A DNA stretch of 64,000 bases from an uncultured archaeon (GTDB taxonomy: Archaea; Thermoproteota; Bathyarchaeia; Bathyarchaeales; Bathycorpusculaceae): NCBI GenBank assembly GCA_963782915.1, contig CAWALK010000001.1:64001-128000 (forward strand), in the 5' to 3' direction. Below are positions 32,550 through 42,816 of the stretch, piece by piece. Position numbers and translations under genes: made by a program. Each line of letters begins with the position of its first letter. The first letter of the stretch is position 1. Below the pieces are notes generated by a model, which saw only the letters and a list, made by a program, of their open reading frames with translations, did no database searches and had not been told where the DNA came from.

Positions 32550-32642
32550 AATCGCCCCTACAGTTTAGCATCGATGCTTACTTCTAAGCATTCAACTCAA
32601 ATAAAACTAATCACAAAAAACACCCTCAACAATGTTGAGGCA

Positions 32643-32921
32643 ATGAAAATGGAAACAAACATCAAAGAACGGGTCTTCTCCGTCGAGCTCAAATCTAAAC
32701 GGAATCTCAAAAACCTCACATTAACCAACGGCGGCAGCGACACCGTGCTCCTTGAAGGATCAATCGGCGAACTAGTTCAAGCAACATTTACAGAAGGCAT
32801 AATTCTAGAAGTCATCGGCAAAAACGGCGTGCTTCGAGTCGACCTCAGAGAAGACGAAATCAAAAAGATACCCCAACAAACCGACCTATCTGCTCAGAAT
32901 GGAGGTGGTAACATTGAGTAA
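32643..32921 (+). CDS. Hypothetical protein
   Basis: ORF coupled to the downstream flavodoxin. Confidence 0.65.
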   Translation: MKMETNIKERVFSVELKSKRNLKNLTLTNGGSDTVLLEGSIGELVQATFTEGIILEVIGKNGVLRVDLREDEIKKIPQQTDLSAQNGGGNIE

Positions 32922-33462
32922 AGCATTAATCGCATATGGAACCCGTTACGGCGCGGCTGCAAGTACCTCTGAAGAAATCGCAAAAGTGCTTAGCCAACAA
33001 GGCATCGACACTAAAGTAGTCGACCTCAAGCAAGAAAAAATCAAAGACATAACCGCCTATGACCTCGTCATAGTTGGCAGCGGCATCCAAATCAACCGCT
33101 GGACAAGCGAACCAGAAGACTTCCTTAAAAAACACCAAAAAGCACTCGCCACCAAAAAACTGGCATTGTTTGTATGCTGTGGTTCAGCATCCCCAGACAA
33201 ACCAGAGGGATTAGCCGAGGCTAAACAGAAATACCTCACAGAAAAAGCAGCCAAATACAACCTCCAACCAATCGCATTAGGCTTATTCGGCGGAGTCTAC
33301 AACTACAACAAGACGCCTTGGTGGGCAAAAAAAGCCATGGACGCCGACCGCCCAAGAGTCGAATCCACCTACAAAGCAGTGGAGCCAGGGGTTTATGATA
33401 CCCGAGATTGGGTTGCCATCAAAAACTGGGCAACAGAGTTGGTGAAAACTGTTAGGTGCTAG
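32914..33462 (+). CDS. Flavodoxin domain protein (HemG-like)
   Basis: RBS GGAGGTG; motifs Y.TRYG, D.VIVGSGI, FGG, D.RDW..I..W. Confidence 0.85.
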   Translation: MSKALIAYGTRYGAAASTSEEIAKVLSQQGIDTKVVDLKQEKIKDITAYDLVIVGSGIQINRWTSEPEDFLKKHQKALATKKLALFVCCGSASPDKPEGLAEAKQKYLTEKAAKYNLQPIALGLFGGVYNYNKTPWWAKKAMDADRPRVESTYKAVEPGVYDTRDWVAIKNWATELVKTVRC

Positions 33463-33793
33463 CTACGAGTTCTTGGAGCTGCGCCTTGGTTAAATCCGAC
33501 CCGGGTGCGACATCCAACCTTTTCTCAACTTTACCGTTTTTAAAGCATAGAACCGTTGGGTAATACTCGATCGCGTACTTTTCACAGAGGTCCTCTTTGA
33601 AATCAATCATTATTGATAGGCTTTCGTCGGGATGGGATTTGGCGTATTCTTTGAAAATTGGCAGGAACCGCCTCGAATGTGGACACCATGAAGCATAGAA
33701 GAGAGCGTACACTTTGGGTTTAGACTCTAAAACCTCTTCAACATCTTGTTCTTGCTCTGGCGTTTCAGCTGTTGTTTTCTTCATTCTATTCAC
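33452..33793 (-). CDS. Thioredoxin-fold protein with a WCPHS motif
   Basis: FYASWCPHS, Y.IEYYPT. Confidence 0.8.
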   Translation of the reverse strand: MNRMKKTTAETPEQEQDVEEVLESKPKVYALFYASWCPHSRRFLPIFKEYAKSHPDESLSIMIDFKEDLCEKYAIEYYPTVLCFKNGKVEKRLDVAPGSDLTKAQLQELVAST

Positions 33794-34497
33794 CTCTCTT
33801 CCTGATCCTCTTCAGGGTAATGGCTGCTATCACAAAACGGCTTAATCGTGGATTTACCGCAACGGCACAATGTCACTCGGTTGCGTATTTCGTAGGGTTT
33901 TCCGTCTGCGGAGTAAACTGGGATTCCACCGCGTATCCAAAGAGGACCATTAATACCCATTGAGGGGTCCTCAACTACCCCAATCGCTTGATCCAGCGTA
34001 GGCTCAATTACCTTATCTGTCGCTTTATCTATGACTACAAGTCGCCCAGAAGGACAATCACACGCGTTTCGCACGCAATTCTCTTTGAGTTTGGGGTCGT
34101 CTGATTGCGGGATTTGGTCCCAGATATCGCCGCCTCGGTGGCAGAACCGTGCAGAAGCACACAGAATCTCTGCGTCTTTGAGTGTTAGTTGGGGTCCATC
34201 GATTTGTTTTGCCAATTGCTCATAGGAGACATTATCCATGTTTTCTGTGCCGTCAAAGTTAACTTTGAAATGGGTTCCGTCGCAGAAGGGTTTGTTGCTG
34301 GATTGTCCACATCGGCAAAGAAGATACTTTTCTTGTGTTTTAAATTTGCCCGCTATTAGCCATTCGGAGGGGATGTTTGTTTTTTGGTCGCATTTGATGA
34401 TCATGCGGTAGAGCGGTATGTTGCCTGAGGCCAGGTAGGGTCCGTTTTTAGTTACCTGTATATTGGCGTCTGGTTTTGCCTGATTTTGGTTATCCAC
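33790..34497 (-). CDS. CDGSH iron-sulfur domain protein
   Basis: Two LCRCG.S..KPFCD(G/S)xH motifs, NGP motifs, central C..ARFC...CPSG. Confidence 0.9.
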   Translation of the reverse strand: MDNQNQAKPDANIQVTKNGPYLASGNIPLYRMIIKCDQKTNIPSEWLIAGKFKTQEKYLLCRCGQSSNKPFCDGTHFKVNFDGTENMDNVSYEQLAKQIDGPQLTLKDAEILCASARFCHRGGDIWDQIPQSDDPKLKENCVRNACDCPSGRLVVIDKATDKVIEPTLDQAIGVVEDPSMGINGPLWIRGGIPVYSADGKPYEIRNRVTLCRCGKSTIKPFCDSSHYPEEDQEER

Positions 34498-34637
34498 AAC
34501 AAAGTCTCCTATAGTAACTGTGTGATTCTGTACAATTGAGCTTTTCTGTTATCTCTTTTTATTGTTTGTGACTGTGGGGCAGCTATCACAGAGGGTTATA
34601 GCTTCCAAACGCTAATTAAACCCATAAAAACAAGAAT

Positions 34638-34895
34638 GTGTGGAAGTGGCTATGGGTGGAAGAAACCAAGAAATTCACAGTGAGCGAATTGTCAAAGTTC
34701 GATGGGAAGAATGGGAACCCTGCGTACGTGGGGTACAAAGGCAAAGTCTACGATGTAACCGAGTCATCCCAATGGAGTGAAGGCGACCACCTCGGACACG
34801 AAGCAGGCAAGGACCTGACCGAGCAGATGGAGATTGCACCCCACGCCGATGAAGTCATGGAACGTTTTAAGACAGTCGGTATCCTGACTCCTTGA
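34638..34895 (+). CDS. Cytochrome b5-like heme/steroid-binding protein
   Basis: EL..FDG...AYV..KGKVYDVT...W..G.H..H.AG.DLT. Confidence 0.88.
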   Translation: MWKWLWVEETKKFTVSELSKFDGKNGNPAYVGYKGKVYDVTESSQWSEGDHLGHEAGKDLTEQMEIAPHADEVMERFKTVGILTP

Positions 34896-34958
34896 GCGGT
34901 AGCTTGTTTGGTAAAGCTCAAATAGGTCACAGTTTATTTGTTTGTTGAGGCTGTTTTT

Positions 34959-35702
34959 ATGGTTGATTTAAAAGGTAAAGTTGCACTTGTCACGGGTGCT
35001 GGACGCGGTATAGGCAAAGAAATTGCGCTGAATCTTGCACGGGCAGGCGCAGATGTTGTTGTTACTGATGTGGCTGATACGGTTTTTGAAACTGCCAAAG
35101 AAATAGAAGCCCTCAAAGTAGTGGCTTTAGCATTAAAATGCGATGTTTCCAATCTTGAAGAAGTTCAGAATACCCAAAAACAAGCCATAGAGAAATTCAA
35201 GAAAATAGACATACTAATCAACAACGCAGGCATCTATCCACAGAAGCCATTTCTCGAAATGACCGCTGCTGACTGGTGCATGGTAATGCGTGTCAACCTC
35301 TTTGGCACCTTCTACTTCACAAAGACCTTCGTGTCTGGCATGGTGGAGCGGAAATATGGCAAAATCGTCAATTTATCATCCATTTCAGGGCCAGTAGTTG
35401 CGTTCCCCAATCTTGTGCATTATTCTTCAACTAAAGCAGCGATAGCTGGCTTTACCAAAGCATTAGCCCTCGAGATGGCTCCGTATGGCATTAACATTAA
35501 CGCTGTTGCACCTGGCCCCGTAGATGTTAGCGGAATACAGACTGATGAGGCGATGCTTGCGCAGGTTTTGAGGGCAATTCCGTTGAAACGTATGGGTAAA
35601 CCAGCAGACGTCGCCAACCTCGTGGCTTTTCTTGTCAGCGACGAAGCCAGCTTCATCACGGGACAAACCATAGTTACCGATGGCGGATACACACTACAAT
35701 AA
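34959..35702 (+). CDS. SDR oxidoreductase (FabG-like)
   Basis: Motifs TGAGRGIG, NNAG, YSSTK. Confidence 0.9.
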   Translation: MVDLKGKVALVTGAGRGIGKEIALNLARAGADVVVTDVADTVFETAKEIEALKVVALALKCDVSNLEEVQNTQKQAIEKFKKIDILINNAGIYPQKPFLEMTAADWCMVMRVNLFGTFYFTKTFVSGMVERKYGKIVNLSSISGPVVAFPNLVHYSSTKAAIAGFTKALALEMAPYGININAVAPGPVDVSGIQTDEAMLAQVLRAIPLKRMGKPADVANLVAFLVSDEASFITGQTIVTDGGYTLQ

Positions 35703-35791
35703 AGTGAGTGTGTAAAAGTGGCTAGCGCGGCACAGCCACATAAGTTAATATGCAAAGGGTAACTCGCCATTAATCAAAGGAGACTCTATTT

Positions 35792-36355
35792 TTGTCAGAA
35801 GAAGAAAAGAAGAAAATTAATTATTACTATGGCGGCAAAGAGAAATCCGCTAAAGAAGTCAAAAAAGGCAGCCAAGACGAGATTGCGCCCTACACGGCAT
35901 TGGATGTGCAGCAGGATTTTAACAGGTTGATGAATAGGTTTCAGCGTGACTTTGAATATTTCTGGGATACTTCCTGGCGGATAGGTCGGGATATGTCACA
36001 TAAAGCCCGCTCGGTTACACCGTTTACTGGGGCAACGTTGCCATCGGTGGATATTGAGGATCAGGGAAAGAATTACCGTTTAATGGTTGATTTGCCTGGT
36101 TTCAAAAAAGAGGATGTGCAAGTGGAACTTGAAGACGATTCAGTGACAATTAACGCTAAACGTTCGCAGGTAGACGAGGAAAAAGGTAAAAACTATATTC
36201 GCCATGAACGTTCAGCCCAGACTTATTATCGCCAAATCAATCTGCCCGAAGCCATACGCTCGGATCAAGCTAATGCGAAGCTGAATAATGGTATACTTGA
36301 AATTACCCTGCCCAAGAAGGAGCCTAAAGAAACTAAGAAATTAGCCATAACCTAA
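35792..36355 (+). CDS. Hsp20/alpha-crystallin small heat shock protein
   Basis: Motifs DLPG.KKED, ERS, A.LNNG.L.I.LPK. Confidence 0.92.
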   Translation: MSEEEKKKINYYYGGKEKSAKEVKKGSQDEIAPYTALDVQQDFNRLMNRFQRDFEYFWDTSWRIGRDMSHKARSVTPFTGATLPSVDIEDQGKNYRLMVDLPGFKKEDVQVELEDDSVTINAKRSQVDEEKGKNYIRHERSAQTYYRQINLPEAIRSDQANAKLNNGILEITLPKKEPKETKKLAIT

Positions 36356-36465
36356 ACTCAGCAAAATCCTTTTTCATCCAACCCCAATAAGTTAATTTCT
36401 TAAAAAAAATAGCACGGTCGCTAAGAGCAACAGCGCCCATTCCCTATGCTTTGCCCATCTCTACA

Positions 36466-36627
36466 GACTAGACGGCGGCAAACGCACACAAAAAACATAC
36501 ACCCTCCAACAAACGCCCATACACAAAGGCGACACGTCAACGAATGCAAATTACTGTAACATCGATGACCCTGCAGACGTGGAGCCTATAAATAAGGGAG
36601 GGGGGTCTCTGTGAGAGCAACAAAAGC
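36466..36627 (-). repeat. Repeat family A, long copy
   Basis: Reverse complement GCTTTTGTTGCTCTCACAGAGACCCCCCTCCCTTATTTATAG..TGCATTCGTTG..GCCGTCTAGTC; second GCTGTTGCTCT at about 36423-36433. Confidence 0.75.
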
Positions 36628-36687
36628 TACCTCTTTATCTGTTTTAAAAGAAAGAAAGGGTGACAGCATGGAGATGTCTGTTGCAGG

Positions 36688-37515
36688 TTATGCTGGTTTA
36701 GAGAGGATTTCTTCTCTGCGGAAAATCTTTACGCCAACATAGAATACGGCGACATCAACGATTGCAAGCACGCCAATGAGTGCAGCCAGCACTAAAGGTC
36801 CAAGAACCAGAACGCCTGAGATTTGCGCAAACACTAAGCCTATCACTGGAAGCAGCAGTACGACGCTGATTTGTTGTGCCTCTTTGAAGCCTTTGACTTT
36901 AGCGGATATGATAACGGTTAAGCCTATGCTGCATAATGCGATGGTTGGGGCAACGCCGAAGATCATGATGAGGAAATTCACGTTTGGCAACAGCAGCATC
37001 CCATTGAACATTCCAAAGGTTAGTGCGTCTACTATCGTTGCGTAGACCCCGAATGAAACGAAGGTTACCAGCATGGCGGGGATGAAGCTGACTAAGATTT
37101 TGCCCAGCAACAATTCGCTGTCCGAGATGGGCGTAGCTAATAGCGCTTCGATGGTTTTGCGTTCTCTCTCGCCTGCAAAACTATCTGAACCCATAACGCT
37201 CGACGCCATTATGGGGATTATGAGGAAGAAGGGTGCAAAGAAGTATAGTACCATGATGTAGATCAGGACTTGGTTTGGGCTAAACTGTGCAATTTGCGCT
37301 TGGATATCTGCTGGCAGGTTGGGTATTAGCGATTGGAAATCGGATGTTGACATGTTTGTTGTGGGTGTAGGTGTGCTTGAGATTCCCAGAACTATTACCG
37401 GCAAAACTACTGAGAATATGATTGGTAAGATGATTATTGGCAGGAGTACTTGCCAGTTGCGTTTGATTTCTAACCAGTCTTTTTTGAAGACTAACCAGGC
37501 TTTGTGGATGTTCAT
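36688..37515 (-). CDS. ABC-2 type transporter permease
   Basis: DSFAGERERKTIEALLATP..ELLLGK motif; TM segments. Confidence 0.9.
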   Translation of the reverse strand: MNIHKAWLVFKKDWLEIKRNWQVLLPIIILPIIFSVVLPVIVLGISSTPTPTTNMSTSDFQSLIPNLPADIQAQIAQFSPNQVLIYIMVLYFFAPFFLIIPIMASSVMGSDSFAGERERKTIEALLATPISDSELLLGKILVSFIPAMLVTFVSFGVYATIVDALTFGMFNGMLLLPNVNFLIMIFGVAPTIALCSIGLTVIISAKVKGFKEAQQISVVLLLPVIGLVFAQISGVLVLGPLVLAALIGVLAIVDVAVFYVGVKIFRREEILSKPA

Positions 37516-38447
37516 TGTGTTTGGTCTCCTTTGATGAGTTTTAGGTATGCTTCTTCCAGTGATGGACGAAGTACGTTGACTGAGAGGATTTGGCCTTCTG
37601 CTTCTACGATGGAGCGCACAATCTCCGGAGTTGCCACACGACTATCATTGACGCTTACCTGCAGCGTGGTTTCCTGCTGCGTTACCTCTTTAGCCGCAGT
37701 ATTTGCTTTGACGGCAGCCAAAACTTTGGGCGTGACCCTTGTTAAGCCAACTTCGATGACTGGTTCACCGCTTATTTTTTGCCGCAATTCATCAGGTGAG
37801 CCAATTAGCAAAACTTTGCCTTTGTTCATAATCAACACTCTTTTGCATAGCTTCTCGGCATCTTCCAAATGATGCGTACTCAGCAGTATAGTGCATTTCT
37901 CACGCTGGCTCAACTCAGCCATTAAATCACGGATTTCCTTCGCAGACTCAGGGTCCAAACCTGCAGTGGGCTCATCCAGAAACATTACAGGCGGCCTATG
38001 TACAGTTGCGCGAACGATGGCTAGTTTCTGTTTCATACCCTTGCTAAACCCTGCGACTTTATCGTTTCTGCGATCCCAGAGGTGGAAAAACTCCAGCAAC
38101 TCCTGAATCCGCTTTTGTCTCTCTGCGGTGTCTGTGATTCCGTATGCTTGTGCGAAGAAGTCCATGTTTTCATAGGCTGTTAGCCGTTCGTAGAGGCTGG
38201 GGTTTTCGGTGAGTATTCCTACTGATTGGCGTACTTTGAGGGGTTCTTTGTGGATGTCGTATCCGGCGACGGTGGCTGTGCCTTTTGTGGGTGAGATGAG
38301 GCATGCGAGCATGCGGATGGTGGTGGTTTTGCCTGCTCCGTTTGGGCCTAGGAAACCGAAGACTTCGCCTTTTTCTATGTTTAGTGTGAGGTTGTTTACT
38401 GCGGTTAGGTTGCTGAATGTTCGCGTTAAGTTGTTGGTTTCAATCAT
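37512..38447 (-). CDS. ABC transporter ATP-binding protein
   Basis: Motifs GPNGAGKTT, FSKGMKQK, LDEPT.GLDP. Confidence 0.92.
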   Translation of the reverse strand: MIETNNLTRTFSNLTAVNNLTLNIEKGEVFGFLGPNGAGKTTTIRMLACLISPTKGTATVAGYDIHKEPLKVRQSVGILTENPSLYERLTAYENMDFFAQAYGITDTAERQKRIQELLEFFHLWDRRNDKVAGFSKGMKQKLAIVRATVHRPPVMFLDEPTAGLDPESAKEIRDLMAELSQREKCTILLSTHHLEDAEKLCKRVLIMNKGKVLLIGSPDELRQKISGEPVIEVGLTRVTPKVLAAVKANTAAKEVTQQETTLQVSVNDSRVATPEIVRSIVEAEGQILSVNVLRPSLEEAYLKLIKGDQTQ

Positions 38448-38527
38448 TGCTGTGCCGTCCTGTTTGTGTTGTTTGTTGTTGATATTGAGGAGTAAGTATT
38501 TAAGTTAGATGAAACCGTTTTCATGTT

Positions 38528-39043
38528 ATGAAACTGATGAAAGTGCTTGACCAAGAAGGCACAAACCTAACCTCCGACCCCACAAACATAACAATTCTAC
38601 GCGAACTAGTAACAGCCGAACAAGCAGTATCCGACATAGCAAAAAAACTAGACCTCCCCACCTTAAATGTCTGGCGCAGAATGCAAAAACTCGAAAAAGC
38701 CAAACTAATCGAATTAACAGGAACCCAAAAAGTAGGGAACCTCGAAAAGAAACTCTACCGCTCAACTGCAACCGTCTTCACCCCCCAACAGTACTTCAAT
38801 TTCACACCAAAAGATGCCAGCCTAACAGAAGCCTTTGAAATCTACAAGAGCATCCAACATAAGATGCTATCAAAAGCTGCAGCTTTCGGCGACATTCCTA
38901 AAGACGCTGACCCAATCGACTACTCATTCTTCGTCAACATGCTAGTATTCGCTGATGTATGCGGAAAACCAGAGGTCCACGCCAAAATAGTCGAGTTAAG
39001 AGAAAAACTCGCCAAATTTAAAACAGAATCCGCAGATGTGTAA
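38528..39043 (+). CDS. HTH transcriptional regulator (ArsR-like)
   Basis: DP..I.IL, HTH, L.KA.LI...GN.EK.Y; divergent from the ABC operon. Confidence 0.75.
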   Translation: MKLMKVLDQEGTNLTSDPTNITILRELVTAEQAVSDIAKKLDLPTLNVWRRMQKLEKAKLIELTGTQKVGNLEKKLYRSTATVFTPQQYFNFTPKDASLTEAFEIYKSIQHKMLSKAAAFGDIPKDADPIDYSFFVNMLVFADVCGKPEVHAKIVELREKLAKFKTESADV

Positions 39044-39075
39044 GCTTTTTTAGAGGCACCACTGCAATCATCTCT

Positions 39076-40332
39076 ATGTCAGCTAATCTGGTTTGGCACA
39101 GAAAAACACTCCCAAATGGCTTAACCGTCCTATTGTATCCGCGGCAATCAGCCAATACTGCCCAGTTGTCGGTGGGCGTTAAGTATGGGTCAAATCAGGA
39201 GCCCAAAGAGCAAGCCGGAATCGCCCATTTCCTAGAGCATATGCTAGCAGGAGGCTCAGACGAACGTATCAAGCTGTCACGAAGTATAGAAGACCACGGC
39301 GGCGTCTTGGATTTCTACACAGATCGTGAACAAGTTTTAGCTACCATGGATGTTTTGCCCGAAAAGCTTTCGGAAGCATCAGCGATTCTGTTCCAACTCT
39401 TTTTCGGCGAAAGTTTTTCTGTTGACAAATTTGAGATTGAACGAAAAATAATCTTAAATGAACTTGCTGAAGTTGCAGATGACCCCGCCGTGAAGGTCGA
39501 AGAAATCCTTCTAGAGAACCTTTTCAAAACCCATCCGATTAGGCGTCCCGTGGGTGGATACCCTAAAACAGTGAAGAAGATAACTTTTGACCAACTATTA
39601 CAGGTGCATAAAGCAAACTATGTTCCCCAAAACATGGTATTGGTACTATCTGGTGACGTCTCTGAAGAGGACCTTGATAAAACCCTTGATGGATTCAAAG
39701 ACAAAACTGCATTGTGTGGCCCCACAAAGAACACGCCGCCAGTTGAGGTTGGCAAACCCCAGTCCTTTGTTGTTGAAGAAAAAGCTGGAATGACCCAAAC
39801 CTACCTTAGTATGGGTGCACGAACCGTCTGCTCCACCCACAAAGACTCTCCCGCACTGGATTTACTTGGAACTCTGCTGGGCGGAGGCACAAGCTCTAGG
39901 CTTTTCATCGAATTGCGCGAGAAACATGCAGTTACCTACGATGTCGGTTCATCCCACTGTAAAGGGACCGATTTTGGCTACTTCAGCATCGACTGCGCAG
40001 TCAATAACAGCAAAGTCGACAAGGCGAGAGCATTAATTATGAAGGAATTGGCGAATCTGCGCTCGGAGACTATTTCGGGGGATGAGTTGGAGCGGGCTAA
40101 GCAGATTATGCTCGGCGGCGTCTTGAGGGGAATGGATAATCCGCATGACACCTACGAAATAATCACTTATATGGAGATGCAGTTTAGCAGTGAATTGGGC
40201 CTCAAAGATTATGTTTCTAAAATTAAGGCAGTCACTGCTGGTGACATTCGAGAAGCTGCGATTAAACACTTAAACGAAGATAGCCTCTGCACGGCTGTTA
40301 TTAACCCGATAAAGAACAAAAAAGTACCATGA
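39076..40332 (+). CDS. M16 (pitrilysin-family) metallopeptidase
   Basis: L.NGL, G.AHFLEHM (HxxEH), SSRLF.ELREK. Confidence 0.92.
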   Translation: MSANLVWHRKTLPNGLTVLLYPRQSANTAQLSVGVKYGSNQEPKEQAGIAHFLEHMLAGGSDERIKLSRSIEDHGGVLDFYTDREQVLATMDVLPEKLSEASAILFQLFFGESFSVDKFEIERKIILNELAEVADDPAVKVEEILLENLFKTHPIRRPVGGYPKTVKKITFDQLLQVHKANYVPQNMVLVLSGDVSEEDLDKTLDGFKDKTALCGPTKNTPPVEVGKPQSFVVEEKAGMTQTYLSMGARTVCSTHKDSPALDLLGTLLGGGTSSRLFIELREKHAVTYDVGSSHCKGTDFGYFSIDCAVNNSKVDKARALIMKELANLRSETISGDELERAKQIMLGGVLRGMDNPHDTYEIITYMEMQFSSELGLKDYVSKIKAVTAGDIREAAIKHLNEDSLCTAVINPIKNKKVP

Positions 40333-40389
40333 ATGAAAAAACTATAAAGCCTCATTTCTTCATAGAGGTATTTAGGCAGGGATTGCTTT

Positions 40390-40743
40390 TTGTGGGAGCA
40401 CCGTCATGACCCGCTTCTGTCAAGACGCCTATTCATACGGCGCCTAGCAAAGTATGCCTTGATTTCTCTTGGCATAGTTTTAGCATCACTAATCATCGGC
40501 ATGTTAGGCTACATTGCGTTCGAGGGTTACTCGTGGGTTGACTCCTTCCTCAACGCATCCATGCTTATGGGTGGAATGGGTCCAGTTGGGGAATTGCACA
40601 CATCCGCTGGAAAAGTGTTTGCTGGATTCTACGCCCTCTACTGTGGACTTGTAGAGTTGGTGGCTGTTGGGATTTTTGCTGCACCGATTGTACACCGATT
40701 TTTGCATCATTTCCATTTAGAGGGCCAACAGAAACAAAAATAA
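40390..40743 (+). CDS. Small potassium-channel-like protein (2 TM plus pore helix)
   Basis: EG.SWVDSFLNA.MLMGGMGP...T..GK.F. Confidence 0.65.
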   Translation: MWEHRHDPLLSRRLFIRRLAKYALISLGIVLASLIIGMLGYIAFEGYSWVDSFLNASMLMGGMGPVGELHTSAGKVFAGFYALYCGLVELVAVGIFAAPIVHRFLHHFHLEGQQKQK

Positions 40744-41040
40744 AATGCGAAAAACTGAGGAATAGGCTGTAGGTGCCGTTTGGCAAACTTCCCTCGCCGC
40801 CGTATAAGGATGTCCAAAAATACACCTCTGGGAGCCTAAGCCCCATAGTGCATAACTGGAACGGAGCCTTGTTCGGCTGCAGGTACATCTGCCAAACGAC
40901 TCGTTTTTGCTCGACAAATAACCTACTCAAAGAAAAGAAAATAAGAATATGTGGTAGCCCACAAACAGTCACAGAATGTATAGTCAGGGGTTGAGCAGTA
41001 CATTTTTAGGGGATAACACCCACGTCTTTATGGTGCAAAA

Positions 41041-41325
41041 ATGAGTAATTCCAACCAGAAGTACCTTGCATTTATCAAAATCAGCCCCAACATGGCTGCT
41101 AAACTCTATGAACCCCTCATGGAATTCAGCGAGCAACCCATCAACGGCGTAAAACTTGAAGAAGCCTACCAAGTATTCGGAGAATGGGACTTCGCAGTAT
41201 TATTCCAAGCAGACACTAACGCTGCCGCGCTGCATTTTGTTGGTGACAAAATCCGTTTAGTTGAGGGTGTGCTGGAGACTTTCACTGTTCCACTCACGCC
41301 TGTCAAAGACTACCGCAAACAATAA
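41041..41325 (+). CDS. Lrp/AsnC ligand-binding domain protein
   Basis: AY.VFGEWD, IR.VEGV.ET.T. Confidence 0.75.
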   Translation: MSNSNQKYLAFIKISPNMAAKLYEPLMEFSEQPINGVKLEEAYQVFGEWDFAVLFQADTNAAALHFVGDKIRLVEGVLETFTVPLTPVKDYRKQ

Positions 41326-41343
41326 ACAAAAAACGCGCCTGAA

Positions 41344-41937
41344 TTAGGCGCTTTTCTCACTCTTAATTTCCTTCTTAGCTGCCGTAATCGGTTTTTTGAG
41401 AACAGGCAATTCTGGTTGTGGCTTATTTTCCGCTTTAATCTGAACAGGATAGACACTGTAGCTTACGCTCAGCTTATGCGGCGAAGAAAGGGCGATCCAA
41501 AGTTTGCTTACATCATCCATTGACTGCGCATCCAATGTGACTCGCAATTCTTCTTTGCTGTCCTTTAAGTCGCCCTGCAGGTCGTCGCCTCGAAGAACAG
41601 GCCTCTCAGCGAATAACTGCATAATTTTTCCAAGAACAACCTGATCCATTAGAGGGTTCTGAGTCAGCGGCGTAATCAGGTAACGCAAATTCAGGTATAG
41701 CAGGGTTTTTGGTTCTTCTGGGTTTTGTGGCTGCGGCTGATTGCGCATGCTCGTATATTCGGTGACGCTGTAGAGGTATATGGAGACTTGCGCTGATTTC
41801 TGGGCATCATTTGGAGCCAGAAAACTGATTTGTTCCTCGCTGCGAATGATTTTGCGTAGTTGCTTGTCCTCTTTTATGCCAGTCCAGATTTTATCAGCCA
41901 ATGTTTGGGTGACGCTGCTTAGGTTGTTGCTGCTCAA
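41344..41937 (-). CDS. DUF4255 / Pvc16-N domain protein (eCIS cap/tail-terminator-like)
   Basis: VS.YLY.V.E...RN, L.LNLRYLIT, LG..MQ.F..RP, KLW.AL....KLSV.Y.V. Confidence 0.8.
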   Translation of the reverse strand: MSSNNLSSVTQTLADKIWTGIKEDKQLRKIIRSEEQISFLAPNDAQKSAQVSIYLYSVTEYTSMRNQPQPQNPEEPKTLLYLNLRYLITPLTQNPLMDQVVLGKIMQLFAERPVLRGDDLQGDLKDSKEELRVTLDAQSMDDVSKLWIALSSPHKLSVSYSVYPVQIKAENKPQPELPVLKKPITAAKKEIKSEKSA

Positions 41938-41950
41938 AGCTATCCCTAGC

Positions 41951-42406
41951 TTACTTTACCCGTTGCATAGATTCAAACACGATTTCGAGTGTTTCGATGG
42001 CTACTTCGTTGCCTTTGGCATTGAGATCGGGTGCTTTGTATTTGCTGGGCCACGCATTGGTGAAGTCCCATCGTGCAGCATCGTTGCCTTCCTCATCGAT
42101 TAGGACCACCGATAGGTTTCGGCGGCTCTGTGACATTTTGCCTTGCTCGACTAGTCTGCGCCAATTATAAAGTTCCATAGATGCCGTAAGACCCGACACC
42201 AGGATGAGGTTGCCAAAAGACGCCTGCCCCGCCTGCTTTTGAGTGCTGGCTGCGGTTCCTTCTCTGTGCTCGATAACTTCGCTTGCTGAATCAGGGAGTA
42301 TGATTTCTGAAAAGCTGGCTTGTACAATCCCGCTTATTTCAACTCTAAACCTGTAATTTCCATATGGATCTTTTCTTTGAGTGGTTGCATTTTTTTGTGC
42401 TGACAT
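41951..42406 (-). CDS. T4 gp19-like tail tube protein (eCIS Afp1/Afp5-like)
   Basis: R.DPY.NY.FRVEI.G, F.E, E.REG, LY.W, L.DE.G...ARW.F..AWP.KY..PDLNA..NEVAIETLE. Confidence 0.9.
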   Translation of the reverse strand: MSAQKNATTQRKDPYGNYRFRVEISGIVQASFSEIILPDSASEVIEHREGTAASTQKQAGQASFGNLILVSGLTASMELYNWRRLVEQGKMSQSRRNLSVVLIDEEGNDAARWDFTNAWPSKYKAPDLNAKGNEVAIETLEIVFESMQRVK

Positions 42407-42543
42407 GCCATAACCTCTTGCTGGTTATTCTATTTATGAATGTATTTATGTTTTCGTAAAAGTCAAGAAAAACTACTCTACTGCCTTTGTTGTTGGTTCT
42501 GTACAGTCACGTATGTTAATACGGCAAAATTCGCAGCTATTCC

Positions 42544-42765
42544 GTGATGATAAGTATGGAAACAATGAAAGTGGATGATAAACAAGCCATGGAAATCTGC
42601 GAAAACGTAGGCCGCACACTCGTAGACCAACTCGACAGTGACCAAGTCTGGGACAAAGTAGAACAAACCCTCTCCGAATACCTCAAATCCAACAATATCA
42701 AAGAGGACGCTTCGAATTTAACCGATAAACTCGAGTGGTCGGTTAAAGTAAAGCTTAAGAAATAA
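42544..42765 (+). CDS. Small acidic hypothetical protein
   Basis: 73-aa ORF with host-like codon usage. Confidence 0.6.
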   Translation: MMISMETMKVDDKQAMEICENVGRTLVDQLDSDQVWDKVEQTLSEYLKSNNIKEDASNLTDKLEWSVKVKLKK

Positions 42766-42816
42766 GCCTTTTTTGTTGGCTAATCCCTCGTTTTCTATCC
42801 TTTTTAAGTTTGGGAG

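Noticed and set aside
40773-40994. 73-aa Cys-containing ORF
   Set aside because: No recognisable motif and weak start context; cannot be supported without a conservation search
41344-42406. Provirus
   Set aside because: No capsid, terminase, integrase or att sites; DUF4255 pairing points to an eCIS origin
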